Notes: generated from the letters alone by a model not told the origin. A DNA stretch of 63,035 nt, filler included, from Lenisia limosa (GCA_001655205.1; 7 parts of 7 records of this genome joined end to end with filler, not necessarily neighbours in it), one strand, 5' to 3'. Shown: positions 36,332 to 49,900, counted from the first letter of the whole stretch. Numbers and translations are program-made.

Positions 36332-39076
36332 CAAATCGGTTCTGTTCGGACGTGAACTCAGCCGAGGTCCATCCGTGGGCTGGGGGGGGGGTTCAAAATG
36401 GAAAAATGATGAAACAAAAAAAAAGCCCGAAATGTGGTCCCAGTCTTAGCGACTTCTATGCAACAAACATCCCATTTACCTGCGAAAATTCCCTGTGTAT
36501 GGGACTTTGGGCACATTCGCATGAAGTTCCCCAGGGAAAGCTGAAATAATGAGACCTTTGTAGAACCGTTTTCATGAAATTCGACATATTCTCAAATATT
36601 GATAAATCCTCAAAATGTCGATAAATCCTCAAATGTCGAAAAATCCCCCAAAGTTGAATATATTATAGAGATGAGAAATAATAAAAGTTTATATCATACT
36701 AATATATCCCGACCGATTTTCTTGGGAAATTACATAGCAAATCGGTCAAGACTTATCCCAGTAACTGTATATAATTACATACATATATATTCATGAAGCA
36801 TAGTAATGATGTACATACACCTAATCTTTAGTCTTGTTATGTTCGCAAATATATGTCGTAGAGATGAAGAATAAAACAAGTTGTATCAGTCCGAAACCGT
36901 CCATCTCATCACAGGTCTCAGAGGAGTTACATATCCACCAACAAGAAAAAAACAAAGCGCTTATTCTTGTTTTTGGAGCCTGCCCCCCTCACGGCATTCT
37001 TAGTATTTTTGCAAAGGTTGGGAATTGTGCCCCTTTGACTGATCATCTACAGTGGTAAATTGGGAATTGCATGATCCCCCTCCCACAACAACAACAAAAA
37101 AAAAACTTAGAGGTGAGGGAGTAAAAAATGAACACTAAGGAAGATATGTCACAAGGCGAAGAACCAATAGGGCTTCACTTCGGTTCGAAAAATCACTAAA
37201 ATCTTCGATAAATCCTCGAAAACTATCGAATTTATACTGGAGTTTTTCGAAACAAAGTAAAACCCAAGTAGAAATGGTTAATTGATGACACAGCCCCCCC
37301 CCCCTTCTCTAATTTGTTTTTTTNNNNNNNNNNNNNNNNNNNNNNNNNNNNNNNNNNNNNNNNNNNNNNNNNNNNNNNNNNNNNNNNNNNNNNNNNNNNN
37401 NNNNNNNNNNNNNNNNNNNNNNNNNNNNNNNCTGTTGTCCAGAGAGACACCAGGTGCTTTCATCATCTGTAAAAAGGTCAACATTTCAAAAAAAATCTCA
37501 AAAATGTCATAAATGTCATAAAGAGGGCAATGCAGAGGATCAACAGGCGAAGTGAAGGAAAACTTAGAATTGTTTTAAATGTTATACAATACACATAATA
37601 CACTACAAAAATGACACAATTGGGGGAAAGTTTAGGATCTTTTATTCAACAAAAGAGAGTACATTATAATAGAGTACATTATAAATCTTGGGGATTTAAC
37701 ATGAAGTGAATGTAATGAGGCAAATAAACCAACATTTATTAGACATAATAGAGCATGAAGTGTATCATAGAGTATTGTATTATTTTGATGAATACTCAAT
37801 AGTCCGCGCTGACAGAATCGAAGGAAACCGCCTTCGCTTCCGGTGGAGGATCAGTGGTAAATTTGCTGTACAGAAGAGGCATGCCGTAACGGGCGATGTT
37901 TGGACTTAGCCACTCGAAGACAAAATGGAACACGCGGGGAGGGGTGGTTATGAAAGTTCTACTAAGATCTTCGCCGGTCCGTTCTTGGGAATGGTGAGGA
38001 AATACACTGAGTTTGATGGGAAGTTTTAGAAGAAAAAAAAATTATTTGAAGTGTCGAAAAAACTATTTTTATGTTCCACCCCACTCACCCCTGTGAATCT
38101 CAAAAGCGTCCTCCATGGCTCCCCGTCGAGAGGCCAGTGCAGTGAATTGAACGTGCTTCGGGTTTTCGTAGTCACACTGTTGGGGAAATGATGGACATGT
38201 TATTGACCGACAAGTCTAATGATACTCCGATACACTCCATCGTGATATCTTCGTTCATCATTTCTTGAAAGTCGGTCATATGATCAGATCACTTGTGGAT
38301 ATGGGTTAACATATCACATTTTGAGATTAATCATGTCAGTGTACATAATATAACGCAATATATTCCTTGAAAAATAAAGTTAAAAATTTGAAGTGTGACA
38401 TACTGTAATGAGAATACCATGTCAAGAACGAGTCCTACAAATCACCCACCATATTCCAGGAATACGGTACGGAGTTGAGATCGACCTGCGGCACATTGGC
38501 TTCATATTCCGGCCTGGGGTTGAGAAATTCCTTATACCCAGCCTCGTCTTCGAAGAAATGGACGGCCGTGCAGCCGGACGCTGGTTTGGTTCTGAACCAG
38601 TGAAATGCCGAACAATACCCCAGTTTTTGAAATTCAAGAAAGCGATATGTGAATGAAATATAGCAATGAGCAATAAATAATAAGATTTTATCTGGTTGAA
38701 GCCGACCACACCATTACGCTTATAAGAATAACTTCCTTTGTGATATGATATATGATCGTTTTTTTTCAGTCATCCTGTCGAATTATTGTTTCGATACGAT
38801 AAAAATTGAGTCGTACGACCCCATTATCCCGGAACCATATCTCCTATACCCTCTTGAGCTTCCCTACGGTCCGAAAAAGATCGATATAATATCGATATTT
38901 ATCGAGGATTTATCGTTCTTTTCAATCACTACCAACATTACACTATTAACACCCCCACATTGGACTTTTCACCTGATAATCTGGGGGTACGACGCCCATT
39001 GTTCCGGCACTAAAGATTCGTCGGTCCGTTCGTGGCATCATCGGGATCCCGCACCCTTTTGGGAATGAAAACATTC
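36332..39076 (-). CDS. Unknown multi-exon gene fragment
   Basis: Candidate exons MFSFPKGCGIPMMPRTDRRIFSAG, TAVHFFEDEAGYKEFLNPRPEYEANVPQ, CDYENPKHVQFTALASRREPW, HGWTSAEFTSEQNRF. Confidence 0.45.
36700..36767. mobile_element. MITE family C, left end decayed
   Basis: ..GGTCAAGACTTATCCCAGTAACTG|TA. Confidence 0.7.
37168..37267. mobile_element. MITE family A
   Basis: Left TIR intact, right TIR decayed. Confidence 0.75.
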
Positions 39077-39257
39077 TGGGGAGGGGGGGGGGGNNNNNNN
39101 NNNNNNNNNNNNNNNNNNNNNNNNNNNNNNNNNNNNNTTAATTAATTAANNNNNNNNNNNNNNNNNNNNNNNNNNNNNNNNNNNNNNNNNNNNCCCCCCC
39201 CCCCCCTTTATCCTTTAACGTATTATGTCTCCCCATTCCCCCTGACTCGCCCTTCAG

Positions 39258-42200
39258 GTGCTGGACTACGGCCACTGGTACGACCGTTCAAAGCTGACGT
39301 GGGAGAGGGGAAGAGTGGTCGTCTGATATATCATATCCCCATGGGCTTTTTTTTTATTCATAAATTGTCCAATTATACTCACCCGTACCCCCAGACTAAG
39401 AGACGTTATCAACGTACAGTTCATCGCCGCTCTCAACCCCACAGCTGGCTCTTTCACTATCAACCCAAGGCTTCTGAGGTTAGGGATGCTTCTTCTTCTT
39501 GTTATTAGTGTTGAGACAACATAGTTGATTTTTCGCAGACATGTCTCTCTCCTGACCCCCCCCCCCAGGCANNNNNNNNNNNNNNNNNNNNNNNNNNNNN
39601 NNNNNNNNNNNNNNNNNNNNNNNNNNNNNNNNNNNNNNNNNNNNNNNNNNNNNNNNNNNNNNNNNNNNNNNNNNNGTTGGGTTTTTTTATTGAACAAGAG
39701 GAATAATTCCATTAGAAATCTACGGAAACGATAAATACATGGGGATACCAGAAACAAATCACTCTACGTCTGCGGCAACCCCCGCTTGAAGGCATGATAA
39801 GAGAAATCATAGAAATTTCCGCCAAAAACCTTTTTTTTTTGAACAAGAGAAGACATGACATTAAAAATCTAGGGAAACAAAAACAACATTGAGATACCAA
39901 CAAATATTACCATTACAAATATTATTACAAATACATGTATATACTCTGTGATATTGATTTCATCCCAGGGCTTCGCGCAACCTGTTTTCAAAATGTGCGA
40001 GCGTATTGTGAAGGCGACGTTGAACCTCCATACCAAGGTTTGTTACCATAGTTTTTTTTTTGTTATTTTATTTTTTTGATTATGATTTTTTTTTTTTTGT
40101 ATGTGTGTTTCTTGTTTTCTTATTTACTGTTGTCTTTGACTTGACAGTTGATATGGACATTAGGTGTACCGTGTTCTAATACATGAGCTTAGTGTATATA
40201 CAGTGACCGCGAAAAGTCCTGACACGATTGATTAAAGATCCGTCCGTGTAGGACTTTTCGTGGTCACTGTAGTATCCATAGTAAATGCCATAACCTATAT
40301 TATAAAACATATCATATGAACATACCCTAGTAGTCTTATGCCTTATTAATATCTCTTCGCTGCAAAATACTACACGTATTTCACCCTTTCAGGTCTCCCG
40401 TGCGTTCCTTCCCACAGCTGTGAAGTTCCACTACAGGTAAAAAGGGCTTCATGTTGCCTTTATTCAAGCTGAAATACTGACCTTATATAGTAACTTTCAG
40501 ACTTCCTTATATGGCAACTTTGACCCTATAGTTTCAACCTGAGACACATGTCGGCCGTATTCAGTGGCCTTCTCCAAGCCAGAAAGGACATTATTCAGAC
40601 TCCACTCCAAATGACTCGACTCTGGTTGGGCGGGGGCCTTATTTGAGCTTTTATTGTTCTTCTTTGTCTTGTGTTGTTTTATTCTTCTTGTTATGTAAGG
40701 TGACACGTAGTTGAGTTTGAAGAGGATAGCTATGCTTTCTTTTATGGTCAGATCTCTCTGAGATGTTGTTTTTGTCTTATTTTCAATATTTTGCCCCACA
40801 TATGCCAGCCTTGTGTGTTTCTCAGTTGTTTGTTTTGTTATGTGTCTTGTTTCATATTTTTTTTTCCAATTTTACCCCCCCCCCCCCNNNNNNNNNNNNN
40901 NNNNNNNNNNNNNNNNNNNNNNNNNNNNNNNNNNNNNNNNNNNNNNNNNNNNNNNNNNNNNNNNNNNNNNNNNNNNNNNNNNNNNNNNNNNNNNNNNNNN
41001 NNCTCCGAAGACATTACGGGAGTATCGGCTGTTATTGATAAGGTGAGCACTACACTACGGCGCATTGACTTGGGATTCTTGTGAAAACGTTGGGATTTCC
41101 ATGTTTTACACGGGAATCCCATGAAATTTTATGGAAATTCTAAGTAATTTATGGGATTCCCAAAATCGCCGCTGTGTAATAATCATATCGCACGTCCTCG
41201 GTTTTTTGTTGCCCTAACTCCCCAAAATAACGACGTAGGTTGCGGGTGAACAATTCCCTGAGATGCAAAAGGACCTTCTGGCGACGCCCAATATCCATGC
41301 TTCTTTCGCCAAGGGACAGGGCGATGGCATCTACAGGTGAGAGGGGATATTGAAATTTTTGGCTGTTTTTTTTTGTTTTAGAAATGTCCTTCCTTTCACC
41401 CCTCACAAGAATTTTCTTTGTATTTTCTTCGTTTTTTTTTTTTTTTNNNNNNNNNNNNNNNNNNNNNNNNNNNNNNNNNNNNNNNNNNNNNNNNNNNNNN
41501 NNNNNNNNNNNNNNNNNNNNNNNNNCCTCCCAGGTTGATTTTTTCTTGTTTCTTAAATTTTCCCATTTTCACTCCCCCAGAGAAGCAGCCGACTACGCGT
41601 CCCTCAAAACCGTCCTAGACGAGGCCCTCTCAGTTCACAACGAATCCAACGCCGTGATGAACCTCGTGCTGTTTGACGACGCTATCAGCCACGTTACTCG
41701 GCTTATGCGCATCATTGAGAAGCCTGCTGGCAACGCTTTATTGGTATGGGTGATATACGGGCAGTTTATGACTTTATTTGGTTTATATATTTATTATGGC
41801 GCGGAAGTGTGGTAAATTGTTAATGGTATCCCTATGTATTTATTTGTTTCCCAAGATTTCTACTCTTGTCCAATATATTACTTAATTGGAGAGGGGGGGG
41901 GGGGTAGNNNNNNNNNNNNNNNNNNNNNNNNNNNNNNNNNNNNNNNNNNNNNNNNNNNNNNNNNNNNNNNNNNNNNNNNNNNNNNNNNNNNNNNNNATCC
42001 AAATTTTACAGGCTTTTTTGTTTTCATAAATGTTCCTTTACCTTATCGAAATTTCTTTTGTTTTACTCCCCCAGGTGGGAGTGGGCGGTAGTGGTAAACA
42101 GTCCCTTGCTCGCCTGGCAGCTTTCATGGCCGGCTACGACGTCTTCCAAATCCAGCTTAAGACCGGATACTCTATTGCCGACCTCAAGCTGGACTTGCAG
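39258..42200 (+). CDS. Axonemal outer-arm dynein heavy chain (beta-type, DNAH9/17-like), AAA3-AAA4 fragment
   Basis: [14 protein letters not shown]|[64 protein letters not shown]|[28 protein letters not shown] (AAA4 P-loop). Confidence 0.93.
40201..40269. mobile_element. Tc1/mariner-type MITE family C (subtype b), reference copy
   Basis: TA|CAGTGACCGCGAAAAGTCCT..AGGACTTTTCGTGGTCACTG|TA. Confidence 0.85.
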
Positions 42201-42438
42201 GTTGGAGGTCTTCTGTTTTTTTTTTGTTGTTGTTGTTTTGCTTTTATTATTTGTTTTTTGTTTATGTGTGTATAAGCCAACAGAGATTTAGAATTATTTT
42301 ACTGTTTTTGTTTCATAAATTGTCTTTCTCCCCCTTCTNNNNNNNNNNNNNNNNNNNNNNNNNNNNNNNNNNNNNNNNNNNNTTAATTAATTAANNNNNN
42401 NNNNNNNNNNNNNNNNNNNNNNNNNNNNNNNNNNNNNN

Positions 42439-45400
42439 GGGATGACAGGGTGCGAGTTAATATAACCGCCGATTGCGTTTGCGTATGTGACACGCTGGAA
42501 TGTCCACTCTCCAATTGGCATGGGTTTCGTGATGTATGCTGTGGGGGGCGGGGGGAGTAAAATTGGAAAATTTATGAAAAAAAAAACCCAAATCAACTCT
42601 GTTGGTTTAGAACACACAAGGGTTGTTAACAACAATACAAACAATGCCCAGGCCAGTCGCTTCTGCAGCACCACATCCGGTTAGATTTTGATGCAGTATT
42701 AATAGGGCTTCACTTCGGTTAGAAAAAGACTGGTAAAATATCGATAGTTTTTGAGAATTTATCGAGAAATTCAGTCTTTTTTCGATCCGAAGTGAAGCCC
42801 TTGCCACTAATGTTATGAAAAATAGTATAATTTATTGCGCTCCATGTAATTAATTGACAAATTTATTTCAAAATTTGAAGTCAGGCATCAAATAACGAGA
42901 ACCCATTTCCTCAAAAAATTAATTGCACGGAGCCCTAATAATTGATATAGAATATGCTGTATGATATTGGACGGCCGCCCTTACAGGTTTGCATTGTTCC
43001 GCTAAGTAGTTTAATAAATATGCCCATAGTCGTTGGGACTCCAGCTGTAATTTTCATCTGAATAGGGTGAGACGAAAATGAATGATATAAAAATCACGCT
43101 TATAGTATACATTGATGAAATTGGAAAGGAAGTCTACACTGGAGTATGTAGCCCAATATCACCCTTACTTGTGAATATGGTCCAATAATTGTTGATTTCG
43201 CAGGATTGGTTTTGACACAAGAGGCTTTGACAATCTGCGGGGTTACCAGATGGCAGAATAATAATACGAAAATAAAATTCCATTCAAGATGACATCATGG
43301 GCTCATTACTGGCTCAAGTCGTCCATTAATTATATTTTATACGAATTACCGCAGCTCTTGGATGGAAAGTTTAATGATACGCAGAAGAGAGAGAACTGAG
43401 GGGAACGGGAGGGAGGGTGAACAGAATAGAATTGTGTTATTTCAAAAAAACATAATCACAGAGAAAACCGAATATTTACGAAAGCAAACGCTATTCAAAC
43501 CTCGAAAGATTGAGCAATGTAGATAGTATCCCGTCCCATCAGGGTAAGAAGGGCCTCGGCTACACGGAATAAGGATGGAAAGTGTGCAGATCCTTCCGAA
43601 GAGTGAACGACTGAATTTCTCAAAATTCCCTCGACATTACATATAGTTGACTGTAATTTTCGAATTGAAAGTCCATTGGCATCAAGTGAGTTATAAGCAC
43701 AGACTCATTATGTATCCCAAGGGCTTCATTCGAAAAAAAATTGAATTTCTATAAGTCCTCAAAATCTATCGATATTTTACCGATCATTTTTGAACCGAAG
43801 TGAAGTGTATCCCCACACCGTTAGTAACACAACATAACATGTCCATCCCAGAAACCACCATCAGCAGTAAATACCCCTCAAACATAATATATATATAGTT
43901 AAAACCGCGAACATGATTAAAACCGCGAACATGATTAAAACCGCGAACAAAAAGGAGGCTTTTCATTCAATTTTTGAGTCAATACGCTCATTATTTACGC
44001 CTCTTTCGCATTTTTTTTGCAAATTATCGCCCGAAACACTCCTTTATACANNNNNNNNNNNNNNNNNNNNNNNNNNNNNNNNNNNNNNNNNNNNNNNNNN
44101 NNNNNNNNNNNNNNNNNNNNNNNNNNNNNNNNNNNNNNNNNNNNNNNNNNNNNNNNNNNNNNNNNNNNNNNNNNNNNNNNNNNNNNNNNNNNNNNNNNNN
44201 NNNNNNNNNNNNNNNNNNNNNNNNNNNNNGCATTTAAGTAGAGAATAAGAGACAAATAGGCCGAAAAATGAGCGTAAATTTCCCATAAATGGGCGAAAAT
44301 ATGATAAAAGATGTTAATAAATCAAGCGAATTTGACTCTTACCTTTTGTGCCGTTCCAGAACGGTAAATGGGTTATTGACGCAGAATATACTTTAATCAG
44401 ACGTCTATTTCGTCCATTGGCTCTATTATAGAGACTGAACAAGGAGAATTCTTGAAAAAACCGTCACAAAAGTTGACTTAAATACCTCAAAACCACTACA
44501 TTTTCTCCAAAAATGGACTTCAGATTCGAATTCTCCTTAAAAAATCGCGTTTCTATGGTGGGGCACTTTAATAGGCTCAAAATGCTATTATTCTGAAAGA
44601 GGGGGGTTTCAAAAAATATTTTCGCGTAAAGGAAACTGGGTGACCCCGGCCGGGTCGATTCTGATCAAAAGATCTTTTTTTTCGATTTTTCTATCTCCTC
44701 TTTTTTTCTTCTTTTTGCTCATAATTTCTTTGTTTTGATGTTATTGATAGTCAAGTACTCAAAGCTGCCGAATTTCACACTAAAAAGGGTGTTATTGAAG
44801 CGATTTATGTCGAATATGCACATACACATAGTCTAACTACTTAACCCCCTAAAAACCGCAAGGTGACTCACAAACTTGTGATGAGGCTGAAAAGGCTTTT
44901 GTGAACGTAGTGAGTAACATTAATGACCCACATACCATTAGCAGTGCGTGAAGAAGAGCTCGTCACCTCCTCCACCGCAGTCCATGTGCATGTCACGTCA
45001 TTATATTGTTTATACCAAGCCAACGGTTCTTGTGTGTTGGCTGTAGGGAAGATAAAATGCGCTTGTTCTGAGGACTTCAAAATGTCGATATTTATCGAGT
45101 TTTTATCGAGAAATGTGGTCTTTTGGGACCATACGGACCCTACTTGTTGACACTACAAAAGGCTTACTTGTGCGGGGGTAGTACATGGGTAAGGGGCGAC
45201 GAGTTGGCATAGCATAAGCACGGCTCTCTATGAGTGCGTAAGATATCGAGGGTTTATTGAGAATCCTGTCATTTAGAGCAACAACTGAAACTCTTGGTTG
45301 AGAAGTACTAATATTAAGTCGTCACTTGCAATCTACATGATATACAAAAATACAAGATATTGAGTCTAATACAAGATATGCCAACCAATTGCTTCAACCC

Positions 45401-45873
45401 TTGCAAGAAGTGCCTGGTATTCGGCCATTGTTGGTCCGGCTGAATCGACTACGCTTGTCAAAGACAATATACATTGATTGTTATGTACATATACAAAGGC
45501 AATATAAAAACCATTTGTGTTGAGTGGAACTGAAACAAAACAAAGTGCTTGAAAAAAGAGGCAATGTCTTGATCTGTGTGACCCAAATTTGTCGCTGCTA
45601 ATAGCTAATAGTGCAAATGTCAATTACCTGAGACNNNNNNNNNNNNNNNNNNNNNNNNNNNNNNNNNNNNNNNNNNNNNNNNNNNNNNNNNNNNNNNNNN
45701 NNNNNNNNNNNNNNNNNNNNNNNNNNNNNNNNNNNNNNNNGAATGTTTTGGACGTCTAAATTGTCCGAAAGCGTAATCTGCTCCTGTGCATCCATCTTAA
45801 GCGTTGCCAAAGCCCCAAAAAAGAGGGAGACGAAGAGGAAGAGGAACTTGGTGGGTTGAGAGATAACACCCAT
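42439..45873 (-). CDS. Secreted protein of unknown function, 3' truncated
   Basis: MGVISQPTKFLFLFVSLFFGALATL (signal-like), then exons VDSAGPTMAEYQALLARVEAIG, ANTQEPLAWYKQYNDVTCTW, HLPFWNGTK, SAHFPSLFRVAEALLTLMG, YITKPMPIGEWTFQRVTYANAIGG. Confidence 0.55.
42539..42642 (-). repeat. Intron-associated repeat family I; this copy makes up essentially a whole 104-nt intron
   Basis: GTTTGT..AACCCTTGTGTGTT..CCAACAGAGTTGATTTGGGTTTTT..TTCATAAATTTTCCAATTTTACTCCCCCCGCCCCCCACAG. Confidence 0.75.
42703..42802. mobile_element. MITE family A
   Basis: Full TIRs; 33 bp from a family B copy. Confidence 0.8.
42835..42937. mobile_element. MITE family B
   Basis: Flanks ATAATTTA/ATAATTGA (7/8). Confidence 0.8.
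43719..43805. mobile_element. MITE family A lacking the right terminal 5 bp
   Basis: Perfect flanking TGTATCCC on both sides. Confidence 0.75.
43900..43949. repeat. 19-bp tandem repeat x2.6
   Basis: TAAAACCGCGAACATGATT. Confidence 0.85.
45067..45144 (-). mobile_element. Divergent MITE-A relative (TAGGGTCCGTATGGTCCCAAAAG end); similar copies at about 38-125 and 38856-38935
   Basis: Shares the TCTCGATAAA..CTCGATAAATATCGA core with a variant terminal repeat. Confidence 0.6.
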
Positions 45874-46918
45874 TGTGCTAACTATGTCTGAATCTACCTT
45901 AAATCGGTTACTGTTACTACTGATAACAACTGGTTGAAATATAAAAACAGGGGGCCTGGCTTGTGGTGGCCAGAAGGATTGGGGTATAAGGGGAGATATA
46001 TACACCCCATGTGCCAAAACCACAGATTAAACCCGATAGTCAAGTTTCGATTTTTTTCGTAAACCAATTCTCTGTACCACACATGCTGGGCGCAAAGGGG
46101 AACTTTGCCTCTTGCTCCATTGCCCCTTTCACCCTTTGCCCCTCTTCAATCCCTCTTTGCATCTTTCAACAAGTATAAAAGTGATCTAAAATTAATATTT
46201 GGTTGGACTTTCGGTCAAACTTGTTATACCTCCACAAACCCTTTTGGATCTTGAAGCTTGAAGTTGCTTGACTTTGTTGAACACAGGAATTAGGTGAGTA
46301 GTTAGTGGGGACGTGGGGGTGATGCATGGATGCAAGTTGTTGGAGTATTGGTTGGATCTATATCGAGTGAGGGTAATACTGTAATATGTTAGTCTAATAT
46401 ATCCTTGATCTACCCGAAGACATCAGATAGTGATTACTAACTAACTGTACCCTTATCTTTACAATTGGATCATAAAGTGTAGCTTGATTTATAGTAAGGT
46501 GACATTTTATATTCCACTCTCACAAAAAAAAAAGGAAACACTTGAGAATGTTAAATCTTAAGAATTTCATATCTCAATCCGTGTTTATGTTGAACCGTAC
46601 CTGCATTTTACTGTCGTTATAATTCTCTCGTGTGACTTTCATAAATCTGGCAGAAATCTTCTTGGACCCCATGCCATCAATTTTTTGAAGAAATAGGATA
46701 AAAAACAGTTGATATTAAATGGAGAAAATGTCCTACTTTTTATTTCCCAAAAGGGTACCTCTCTCCAAGTCTGATAGTTTCCCCTCTGAATCCACTAGAT
46801 ACTTAGATACGAGTTTTTCAGGTCTGAAAGATACTGACGGCCCCTCGGTAGGAACTTTTTTTTTCTCTGACCGAGTGGCCCTTCTTTGTTCACTGTTCAG
46901 CGGACGTTAGACGTTGAA

Positions 46919-49900
46919 ATGGCGTCTACGCCTCCTCTGGTGGCTCCTCTCTCACAGCTATGTATGGCGGCTGGTAACACTCCAAAAATGTACAACTTCA
47001 TCTTTATCAAGTCTAGTTCACGTCTAACTGAATCCAGTCACACCAAGACCATGGTCTAGTGTACTTGATCACTTTTCAGACAGCTTTTTTCGATTCCAAA
47101 ATACGGGGGAAATATCGATGTTAATCGGGCTTTATTGAGAATATTTTGATTTTTGGATGTATTGAAAGTCTTTCTGGAAGGAAGTGATTTACAGTATAGC
47201 CAGTCGAGTTGCCCAGAAGCAATCCAGTCAACACATTCCTGTACGCCGGGGGGGGGGGGNNNNNNNNNNNNNNNNNNNNNNNNNNNNNNNNNNNNNNNNN
47301 NNNNNNNNNNNNNNNNNNNNNNNNNNNNNNNNNNNNNNNNNNNNNACCTTGATGAAGAACATTGACGCAATCATGGGTATTATAATCTACATATGATATC
47401 CAAACAAGTATGTATGAGGAGGGATATCAATAACTATTGCAGATAAATGTTCACCCATGACATTTTAATGAATGAAATGGCATGAGGGTGCGCGTTAATT
47501 TATGAGGGTGGTGATAGTTTATCAAAATAGTCCGAGAAAGATGTCGCGGAAGGCAGAGACAAAGTCAATCAAATGGCAATCAAAATTGACCGATTGGAGC
47601 CTCAAGTTTGGGAGGTGGGTTGGATGTGTTATATTATAACTCTCATAAAATGAAACTTACCCGTGAGACTGTTAAAGCCGATCAAACAACAATCTATATT
47701 CATTATAATACGTTAAACCCTGTCCTTAACAAACCATTAGATTGTTGAAGCACGATCGTTAACTGGCCGAGCTGATAACATCGAGATCGCTGCAAGGGAA
47801 GCTTCAGAACTGGCCGAACAACTCAGTGGGGGGGTTCAATACAAGAGAGAGAGAGTAGGGGGGCTTCAGTTTGCGAGGGAGGGGAGGGGTGAAAAGTATT
47901 TGACAAAAGTTTCAACGTTGACTTTTTGAAATTCTAACTAGCCAGACTCTGAGAAGATATTCCCCAACAAGATGATATCGCGCGTGTTGATGTGCCACGG
48001 AATATGCCTATGGCTCGCTGGTGATGCCAAAATCGCCTACAAATACCTTGAGAAAGCCGTGGGTATTCTACTTTCCCATATTCCCTCATGTCTTGTGTGT
48101 TGTCAGCCAATAGAGTTGATTTGGGCTTTGTTTTTGTTTCATATGTAACTTTTCCAATTTACTCCCTCTCCATAGGCCAAGCTTGACTTCAAAAACGCCA
48201 GACTATGGGCGCTTCTAGCTGAGTACCACTGTGAAGTCTTTGAGTCTCCAAAAGTTGCCTATTCCTACCTCTCGTCTGCCTTAAGAATGGTGGGGAGTTG
48301 CAGGATAATACTCAGAGAGATACCTAAAACAAACTACCTTCCAGCTTTAAAATTCACTTCTAATATGAATGATAATGCATATTTTGCATGTGTGTTCCTA
48401 ATAGCAGTTCTTGCGATCTCACTCACAACAAAAGTCTACTACCTCTTTTGAATTTTGTAAATTGGAGTGGATCTTAGTATAACAAACAATTGTTATTATA
48501 CAGGGGCTATTGTCCTTATTCATGAATCTAATCCTTGTAGGTATGCTGGGGAGGCACACAGAAGTGTTCATAGAGTTGTAAGGCAAATGATTGGGTGCAT
48601 TAATATTCTACTATAATCCAATATCTCTTATAATAAGCGTGATGGTGTAGATGGCTTCGGCCAGATACTACATACCTTATTTTTTTTTATTTCTCATTGT
48701 GAATATAACAAACAATAGTTTCAGAGTATGGAGTCCTACCTGTTACCCGTTATAATGGTTTAGAATCGAACTTATCGACTGTTGCGTGAGCAGAGTCAGG
48801 TAGGTCATTACCTTACATATTATCAGCATGCATGTATAGGAACACAGATAGCTGTGCAGAGAGTTGTCAGGCAAATGATTGGGCGAATTAGTATTTTTTT
48901 GTGTGATGGTGTGTCAGGCCTGATAAAATCTTCTTTTATTTCTCATCTATACATATCATATAATGCCCATGTACGTTTTTAAAATGACTGGCATGTTATA
49001 TCTATTGGAGTCCTAATAGGCTTCAGTTGACCCGCCTGAGTCTGAGCCCCTCTGCAACCAAGGCGGAAACTCAAAAATGCCAGGATGTTAGCATCGACTT
49101 AGCTAAGGAGGCAATATCCCTCAATGCAAAGGACGGGCTGTCATGGTGTAAGTGGGCGATCATTTACATTGCTTTTGTTCAAGCTGCAATTAATATTAAT
49201 ATTAATATTAATAATGTGTAATATTATTTTGTTAAATAGTACATCCTGTTTTCTGTAGCAAATATCATGAAAGAATAAAAGAGGTCCATGATTAGCATCC
49301 GTATTTTGAGAATCCTTCAGCCGCCGCAGCCCCCCCCCCCCCNNNNNNNNNNNNNNNNNNNNNNNNNNNNNNNNNNNNNNNNNNNNNNNNNNNNNNNNNN
49401 NNNNNNNNNNNNNNNNNNNNNNNNNNNNNGACAGTGTTGACTTTTTGAACAAGTCCGTCAAGGCTTTCAAAATGGCGGTTTGCTTATTTTTTGTACAATC
49501 CCTTTATTGAGTATATTCTAATTTGGGGGCTTGACGTTGTGTTGTTTTTCTTGAGCTCCCTTGTGTCGATTCTAAAAATATTAATGGAAAATTACTGAGC
49601 TTTTTAGTACACATTGGGTGTGAGGCATCCAGATTTCGGCCTAAATGCGAGCAAGGTAAGGTACCACCAACTTCCAATACGGTATATTTGCAACTCTCCT
49701 TACTCCTTACTCGGAACTCTCCTTACTCCTTACTTGTCATTTTCACGACCGTTTCGTTAAATGTTCAGGCTGTTGTCCTGAGGGGCGACTTTGCCTTGTC
49801 GCTGAAGTACCTTGACCTTCCCTGTTCATTCCAACCCATACCGGGTCTTGCTATTGAGGAGTCTGTCAAACTCGTTGGGGGGTTTATACATTTATTACAT

